This document shows positions 16,562-21,401 of a stretch of 21,401 nucleotides of DNA, piece after piece (positions within the stretch are counted from its first letter, which is position 1; the number at the start of each line of letters is the position of its first letter). The translations under genes were made by a program, and so were the position numbers. Under the pieces are notes generated by a model. The model was given only the letters and a program-made list of their open reading frames with translations. It searched no databases and had not been told where the DNA came from. Source of the DNA: Verrucomicrobiota bacterium (GTDB lineage Bacteria; Verrucomicrobiota; Verrucomicrobiia; Chthoniobacterales; UBA6821); NCBI GenBank assembly GCA_008932965.1, contig WBXG01000029.1, forward strand, positions 1-21,401, in the 5' to 3' direction.

Positions 16562-16780
16562 ATGAATTCTCAAATTATCGAGCAAGCCTCACAAGTTGTC
16601 CCCAACAAACAACTCCTTATTAATATGGTTAGCAAGCGTGTGCGTCAGCTCATGGCAGGTAGTCGTCCTTTGATTGACAATTCTTATAACATGGGACTTG
16701 CTGATATTGCTCTTTCAGAAATTGCTGCAGGTAATGTTTCTATCTTAAATTTACTCTCCGAGAAAGACACCCTGGAATAG
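16562..16780 (+). CDS. rpoZ: DNA-directed RNA polymerase omega subunit
   Basis: 72 aa. 'NKQLLINMVSKRVRQLMAGSRPLI' and '...IALSEIAAGNV' match the RpoZ consensus pattern (N.y.L...a.kRarqL..G..p ... iAl.Ei..g). Confidence 0.7.
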   Translation: MNSQIIEQASQVVPNKQLLINMVSKRVRQLMAGSRPLIDNSYNMGLADIALSEIAAGNVSILNLLSEKDTLE

Positions 16781-16836
16781 TCGATCGACTCCTATCGCAG
16801 TAGGAGCATTATAGGCCGGTCCATTTTTGAGTTCTT

Positions 16837-17307
16837 ATGAGCGCTGATATCGTACTGAATCGAAAAGCGCTTCGTGATTTTGAAATCTGTGATCGTGTAG
16901 AGGCAGGTATTTCTTTGCTAGGGACAGAGGTGAAATCAATTCGCAACGGCCATGTTGATCTACTTGGTGCTTTTGCTCGAGTCGAGAAAAAAGGGGTTTT
17001 TCTCTATGATGCAACGATTCAGGCCTATGCCCAGGCAAGTCACGAAACCCATGATCCCAAGCGCCCCCGCATGCTACTTCTCCATAAAGGAGAAATAAGT
17101 CGCCTAGCAGAACAAACCTTACGCCATGGCCGAGCACTACCGGCACTCCGACTTTATTGGAAAAAAGGAAAAGTCAAAGTGGAGATAGGCATTGGTAAAG
17201 GAAAAAATGCTGGTGATAAACGGCACGATTTGAAAAAGAAAGATGCTGATCGTGAAATGAAACGAGAGGTTGTCCGATTTGAGAAAAATCACAATCTCAA
17301 GCGCTAA
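16837..17307 (+). CDS. smpB: SsrA-binding protein SmpB
   Basis: '[10 protein letters not shown]....[17 protein letters not shown]', '[16 protein letters not shown]' and a basic C-terminal tail '[24 protein letters not shown]' are classic SmpB features. Confidence 0.92.
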   Translation: MSADIVLNRKALRDFEICDRVEAGISLLGTEVKSIRNGHVDLLGAFARVEKKGVFLYDATIQAYAQASHETHDPKRPRMLLLHKGEISRLAEQTLRHGRALPALRLYWKKGKVKVEIGIGKGKNAGDKRHDLKKKDADREMKREVVRFEKNHNLKR

Positions 17308-17363
17308 TTTTTGATCACTTTTGTATCATTGATGTAGAATCGAATGACTGGGATTATAAAAAC

Positions 17364-17957
17364 ATGCTCCTCCTGATCGATAATTACGATTCTTTCACCT
17401 ATAACTTAGTTCATTATTTTGGAGAACTTGGAGCAGAGCCACTGGTGGTGCGGCACGATAAGATCACTCTTGAAGAGGTTCAGGCGCTCCGACCAAATTC
17501 TCTCTGCATCTCCCCTGGACCAGGAAGGCCTTCCGATGCGGGTATCAGCAAGCAGCTTATTGAATCATTCAGTGGAATAATCCCCATCCTAGGGGTCTGC
17601 CTCGGTCATCAATGCATTGCGGAAGTTTTTGGAGGGGAGATTATCCAAGCTTCAAGACTGATGCATGGAAAGACCTCTTTAATACACCATGATGGAAGCG
17701 CACTTTTTCAAAATCTTCCAAATCCTTTTTCAGCAATGCGCTATCATAGCCTCTTGGTACGACGGGAAACATTCCCATCATGCTTAGAAATCAGCGCAGA
17801 AACAGAGGAGGGTGAAATCATGGCACTTCGTCATCAGGAATTTCCACTCTGGGGAGTTCAATTTCATCCTGAGTCTATTTTAACCCAGGAGGGAAAACTA
17901 CTACTCAGAAACTTTTTGAAGATAAGCGCTCCCAGACCCAGCGTATTACAAAACTAA
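17364..17957 (+). CDS. Glutamine amidotransferase component II of anthranilate / aminodeoxychorismate synthase
   Basis: '[17 protein letters not shown]', the catalytic 'GVCLGHQCI' and 'GVQFHPES' mark a class-I GATase of the TrpG/PabA type. TrpG and PabA cannot be told apart from sequence alone. Confidence 0.85.
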   Translation: MLLLIDNYDSFTYNLVHYFGELGAEPLVVRHDKITLEEVQALRPNSLCISPGPGRPSDAGISKQLIESFSGIIPILGVCLGHQCIAEVFGGEIIQASRLMHGKTSLIHHDGSALFQNLPNPFSAMRYHSLLVRRETFPSCLEISAETEEGEIMALRHQEFPLWGVQFHPESILTQEGKLLLRNFLKISAPRPSVLQN

Positions 17958-18903
17958 GATCCTCAACACATGCAGCGATGAGGTTTGGGAGCCTTGAAAT
18001 ACCAAAGGAGCCCCCAGCAATATTGAGATAGAGTGCTGCAGTAAAACGAGCATGATCTTTTTGAATCAAGATATTTTCTCGTAACAATGGATAGGATAGC
18101 TTGCGATACAATTCCCAAAAGGCTGTTTGCTTAGTAGGGAAACGCCAACCTTGCAAAAGAGCTCGTTCTTGTTGCGAAAGATCCTCTCGAAAAATTTCTT
18201 CAGCCAAGCGCTCCGAGATGATCGAAATTTCTTGAAGCGTCTGCTGTTGATTTTTCTGGGACAAAGAATGAGATAAATGTCGATAGCAGATCAAGCGCTC
18301 TGAGAGATTTTTTGTTTCATATCCACCAGCCATGAGTCTACCCCAAAGATCGTAATCTTGTGCAATGTGATAAGTGGCATCGTACCCTCCTAGGAAGCGC
18401 ACAATATCTGTTTGAAACAAAACAGAGGTATGTAAAAAAGGATTCGCTATTGGTGCGCTCCAATAAATGACCTCCTGTCGTAAAGGAACATCCAATAACC
18501 CAACAAGACGATCTAAGGAATCAATCATGAAACCACAACTGCCTACTAATGCCAGAGTCGGATGGTGTGAAACACAATTCATTTGCTGCTCCAAGCGCGT
18601 TGGCAAAGAGAGATCATCTGCATCTTGCCTAGCAGTCCATTTTCCACGGACCTCATTGAGACCTTGATTCAAACAGGCTGTTTGGCCTTTGTTGACCTCA
18701 TTTTGAATCACTCGAATACGTTGATCTTTCCATGCATACTCTTGTGCAATCTTCACTGAATCATCCGTTGATGCATCATCAACAATTAAAAATTCCCAAT
18801 CGCTGAATGTCTGGTGAGAGATACTCTCAATTGATTTTGCTAAATATTTTTCTGCATTGAAAACAGTCATCAAGACAGAAACAAGAGGTGGAGGTGGCTT
18901 CAT
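17905..18903 (-). CDS. Glycosyltransferase family 2
   Basis: '[42 protein letters not shown]' and the 'RQDADDLS' DxD region. The start ATG at 18903-18901 overlaps the upstream stop (ATGA). The track ORF N-terminal extension to 18963 is rejected. Confidence 0.85.
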   Translation of the reverse strand: MKPPPPLVSVLMTVFNAEKYLAKSIESISHQTFSDWEFLIVDDASTDDSVKIAQEYAWKDQRIRVIQNEVNKGQTACLNQGLNEVRGKWTARQDADDLSLPTRLEQQMNCVSHHPTLALVGSCGFMIDSLDRLVGLLDVPLRQEVIYWSAPIANPFLHTSVLFQTDIVRFLGGYDATYHIAQDYDLWGRLMAGGYETKNLSERLICYRHLSHSLSQKNQQQTLQEISIISERLAEEIFREDLSQQERALLQGWRFPTKQTAFWELYRKLSYPLLRENILIQKDHARFTAALYLNIAGGSFGISRLPNLIAACVEDLSFVIRWVWERLSSKSF

Positions 18904-20015
18904 AAAGGAATTCTGCGGTTTCTTAGTAGAGAGATAAAAATCTCTTGGTGCCTGGCTACCCAACGCTTTTGGTCAAAGAGAGCCTCTGCACGAATTCGTG
19001 CAGCATAGGCGTAGGATTCAAAATGAGGAACTATTTTTAAAACACCTTTTGCTAAGGCTGCTCCGGTCGGTGTGATCATTTGACTCCAATCAAGCGGCGC
19101 TGGAATTAACACCCCTGACTCTTCATCAACAAGCTCCAGAAGACCTCCAGAAGCAGATCCAACAACAGGACATCCCGAGGCTAATGCCTCCAAAACAACC
19201 GTAGGACACGGATCGAGATATTTTGGATGAAGCACGATGTGATGAGATTGATAAAGCCTTACTGCCTCTCCTTGACTGAAGGGAGGCAGAAGAGTCACGC
19301 GTGCAGTGAGTCCAAGACGTCCTATTTCACGCTTCACTAATGCGACCCCTTGAGGCCATTCACATTTTCCAGCGATTGTTAAAACAGCATCGCATCCAGC
19401 ATCAACTAAATTTTTCAAACACTCCAATGTTGAAAAAACACGTTCAGCATAACCATGGGTGCCAAGAGTCAAGAGGCGTAGTGGAGAGAGTGGAGGACGT
19501 ATGGGTGAAGGAAAATAAGTACCAAGATCAATCGGATTAAAAAGAATTTCACTGGGTGCTAAGCAGGGCCCTAAAAAAAACTCTGCTGACTCCCGACAAA
19601 AAGCACTTTGATAAATGACATAATCTGCCAATGCTCGCAATCGCCTCATCGGAGCATTATGACCCTCCGTTCCCTCCCCTGCCCATGCAGGATACCCTAC
19701 TCCATTTTGATTCCAAACGAAGATCATTCCGCAGCGGCGTGCCTTCTTAACGAGGTCCTGGGAAAAGGGAGGTTGAGCACTGCTCACCAAATAGAGAATG
19801 TTGCTTTTTTTTTCATTGATTGAAAAAGCATCACGTAATGCAAGAAGCTTGACTGCTCCACCATGAATAACAGTACGGTTTTCTAAAACTCTCCCTAAAG
19901 CTAGTATAGGCTCTGAGGCATTGGAATGTTCCACCTCACGTCGTCTCCACCAAAAAAAAAGTCGCTTTGGAAAAAAGAAACAGCGACGCATCAACGATAA
20001 AAAAAACATCTTCAT
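18900..20015 (-). CDS. Glycosyltransferase, GT-B fold (GT4 / group 1)
   Basis: The C-terminal 'PTVVLEALASGCPVVGSASGGLLELVDEESGVLI' is the E-x7-E nucleotide-sugar binding region of GT4 enzymes. The ATG at 20015-20013 overlaps the epimerase stop (ATGA). Confidence 0.8.
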   Translation of the reverse strand: MKMFFLSLMRRCFFFPKRLFFWWRRREVEHSNASEPILALGRVLENRTVIHGGAVKLLALRDAFSINEKKSNILYLVSSAQPPFSQDLVKKARRCGMIFVWNQNGVGYPAWAGEGTEGHNAPMRRLRALADYVIYQSAFCRESAEFFLGPCLAPSEILFNPIDLGTYFPSPIRPPLSPLRLLTLGTHGYAERVFSTLECLKNLVDAGCDAVLTIAGKCEWPQGVALVKREIGRLGLTARVTLLPPFSQGEAVRLYQSHHIVLHPKYLDPCPTVVLEALASGCPVVGSASGGLLELVDEESGVLIPAPLDWSQMITPTGAALAKGVLKIVPHFESYAYAARIRAEALFDQKRWVARHQEIFISLLRNRRIPL

Positions 20016-20929
20016 ACAAGCAGTTTTCTAATTTCTTCTAGAATATTTTTCTGAGGCTTCCATCCTGTAAGTTTAGAAAATTTCGAAGAGTCGATGCAAG
20101 AATGAGCTACATCCCAAGCGTAGCGTTCATGGTATTGAACCGACAAAACAACATTCAATGCCTGCTCTACTGCAAGTGCTAATTCCAAGATAGAAAAATT
20201 GTTCCCTGAACCTATATTAAAAATACCACTAGTTGGTAGGCTTAAAGCCGCTTGTAAGGCGGAGAGAAAATCATCGATCCAAAGGTAATCCTTACTACAA
20301 CGGCCGTCGCCCCAGATTGTGACCGTTTCTTGCGTGTTTGCTGCTGCAATCATGCGAGGAAGAATTCCCTGTGGATATTTTGGGTTAGAAAGAAAACCAA
20401 GAACATTAGTAATCCGTAACAAAATAGGCTGGAATGAAGAGTCCTCCTGGGAGGCCTTAAGAATCATTTCTTCTGCTAGCAACTTATTCTGAGCATATCG
20501 ACTGATAGGACGAGTAGCACCTTGTTCTGTCACGGGCTCTTCTACGGTATTTCCATAGACGGAGGCAGAAGAAAAAAATAAAAATCGAAGTTTCTTTGCT
20601 TCTTTTGAAGCAAGCCTTGCAGCCTCTAATAACTTTTTTAAAAGCGGTATATCTTCACGCTCCTCACGCCCAGGATCCTGCTCGCTTATAAAAGGAACGG
20701 TGCTCCAAGCAGCATGAATCACTGAATCAAAAGTGGCCATTACCACAGGATCCAAAAGGTCATTGAGTTTTTGAAACTCCTCTCCCCCTGTACGCGAAAA
20801 AAGAACAACATCGTATCCTGCATTATTCAGAAAATTGGCTACAAGACCTGCTAATCGACCACGTCCGCCGGTGATTGCGATTCGACTTGGAGCCTCTTGT
20901 TTTTTTAATGTTTCAGAAGATATTTTCAT
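20012..20929 (-). CDS. NAD-dependent epimerase/dehydratase (extended SDR)
   Basis: 'IAITGGRGRLAGLVANFL' is a Gly-rich Rossmann motif, 'SRYAQNKLLAE' the YxxxK catalytic motif, and 'NIGSGNNFSILEL' is also present. The start is taken as ATG 20929-20927 ('MKISSETL'). The 49 upstream codons of the track ORF are antisense translation of the repeat element. Confidence 0.8.
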   Translation of the reverse strand: MKISSETLKKQEAPSRIAITGGRGRLAGLVANFLNNAGYDVVLFSRTGGEEFQKLNDLLDPVVMATFDSVIHAAWSTVPFISEQDPGREEREDIPLLKKLLEAARLASKEAKKLRFLFFSSASVYGNTVEEPVTEQGATRPISRYAQNKLLAEEMILKASQEDSSFQPILLRITNVLGFLSNPKYPQGILPRMIAAANTQETVTIWGDGRCSKDYLWIDDFLSALQAALSLPTSGIFNIGSGNNFSILELALAVEQALNVVLSVQYHERYAWDVAHSCIDSSKFSKLTGWKPQKNILEEIRKLLV

Positions 20930-20940
20930 GAGCAGCAGAC

Positions 20941-21124
20941 TTAACCCGAATATTTCATACTGATCGTGACGAGGAGGCCGCGAAGGCAGATGGGGCAAGG
21001 CGAGCGATGAAGTCTGACGACGGCTGTGTGTATACACACTGCCCGAGAAAGACTTCGAGATCAACGCAGCATCCATCTAACTTCCCGGCTTCCGCAGTAG
21101 ATCGGGATGAAATATTCGGGTTAA
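20941..21124 (+). mobile_element. Palindromic TIR element, subtype 1 short form (180 nt plus TTAA), 11 nt upstream of the epimerase start codon
   Basis: TTAA at 20941-20944 and 21121-21124. Ends are 'cccgaatatttcatactgatcg' and 'cgatcgggatgaaatattcggg'. The apical hairpin 'ggctgtgtgtatacacactgcc' is at 21022-21043. Confidence 0.92.
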
Positions 21125-21401
21125 CCCGAATATTTCATACTAAAGTGTCATGAGGCGCCGTGCAAAGCTCATTAGTACAAGGCGGAAGAAGGATTGTGAC
21201 GCCGGTCTGTAGGAGTCCCTACTGCACACGTCAAAATGGGGGTTTTTGTGATAATCACTCTATCATATTTCCTGAATGAATTTTTATGAGATAGGGTGGT
21301 CCTTTGATAGGACTAAAATTTGACTCCTAAACTCCAGAAAATATTTTGACTCATGAGGTCTTGATTTCCTGCTGCTGCATTGTAGAAGAATGAAGTATCC
21401 C
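21121..21401 (+). mobile_element. Palindromic TIR element, subtype 2, sharing a TTAA with the preceding copy; either a long variant running off the window or a truncated copy
   Basis: Positions 21121 to ~21242 align with subtype 2 copies ('catgaggcgccgtgcaaagctcattagtacaaggcgg...'). 'gtcaaaatggg' is shared with the nadE long form. The last bases, 'ttgtagaagaatgaagtatccc', resemble the right end of the 9759 copy ('ctgtagaaaatttagtatgaaatatccggg'). The interior from 21243 to ~21370 is unmatched. Confidence 0.6.

Noticed and set aside
16781-16836. Small hairpin 'ctcctatcgcagtaggag' after rpoZ as a terminator
   Set aside because: It has only a 6-bp stem and no following T-tract. smpB starts about 30 nt downstream, so the evidence is insufficient.
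20945-20975. An outward-facing promoter in the element end (TATGAA as a -10 box)
   Set aside because: There is no acceptable -35 hexamer at 16-18 nt spacing and no TG extension. It is kept only as a testable idea in the finding on the glycan operon, not as a feature.
4587-21401. The repeats as a CRISPR array
   Set aside because: The units are 180-270 nt, irregularly spaced kilobases apart, bounded by inverted repeats, and embedded in or between housekeeping genes. No short direct repeats with uniform spacers and no cas genes are present.

Overview
This is a low-GC (low-40s percent by eye) bacterial chromosomal segment made up almost entirely of housekeeping genes. On the + strand: fabD, a polytopic membrane protein, rpoA-rplQ, glutamine-dependent nadE, plsY-gpsA, a LolD-like ABC ATPase, a YbgC-like thioesterase, xseB, dxs, rpoZ, smpB and pabA/trpG. 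On the - strand: gpmA, a secreted msrB, a NodB-type polysaccharide deacetylase, and a translationally coupled epimerase-GT4-GT2 glycan operon. The RpoA N-terminus and overall gene content suggest a PVC/Verrucomicrobia-like organism, but that is a low-confidence guess from memory. The unusual feature is a dense family of non-coding elements flanked by TTAA with terminal inverted repeats. There are at least nine copies or fragments, about 1.7 kb or roughly 8 percent of the window. Each copy is an extended imperfect palindrome that could fold into a rod-like hairpin. Sizes are modular: 180 nt, 270 nt, and a 184-nt second subtype. All copies lie in the same orientation, and no transposase is present in the window. 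One 270-nt copy sits in frame inside nadE without breaking the ORF. A tandem pair forms the C-terminus of a 666-aa orphan ORF. One copy sits exactly on the msrB stop codon, and one lies 11 nt upstream of the glycan operon start codon. Compensatory substitutions between copies preserve pairing in the terminal repeats and the apical hairpin. I do not recognise the family; its architecture recalls Rickettsia RPEs and Neisseria Correia elements. No tRNA, rRNA or CRISPR array could be supported.
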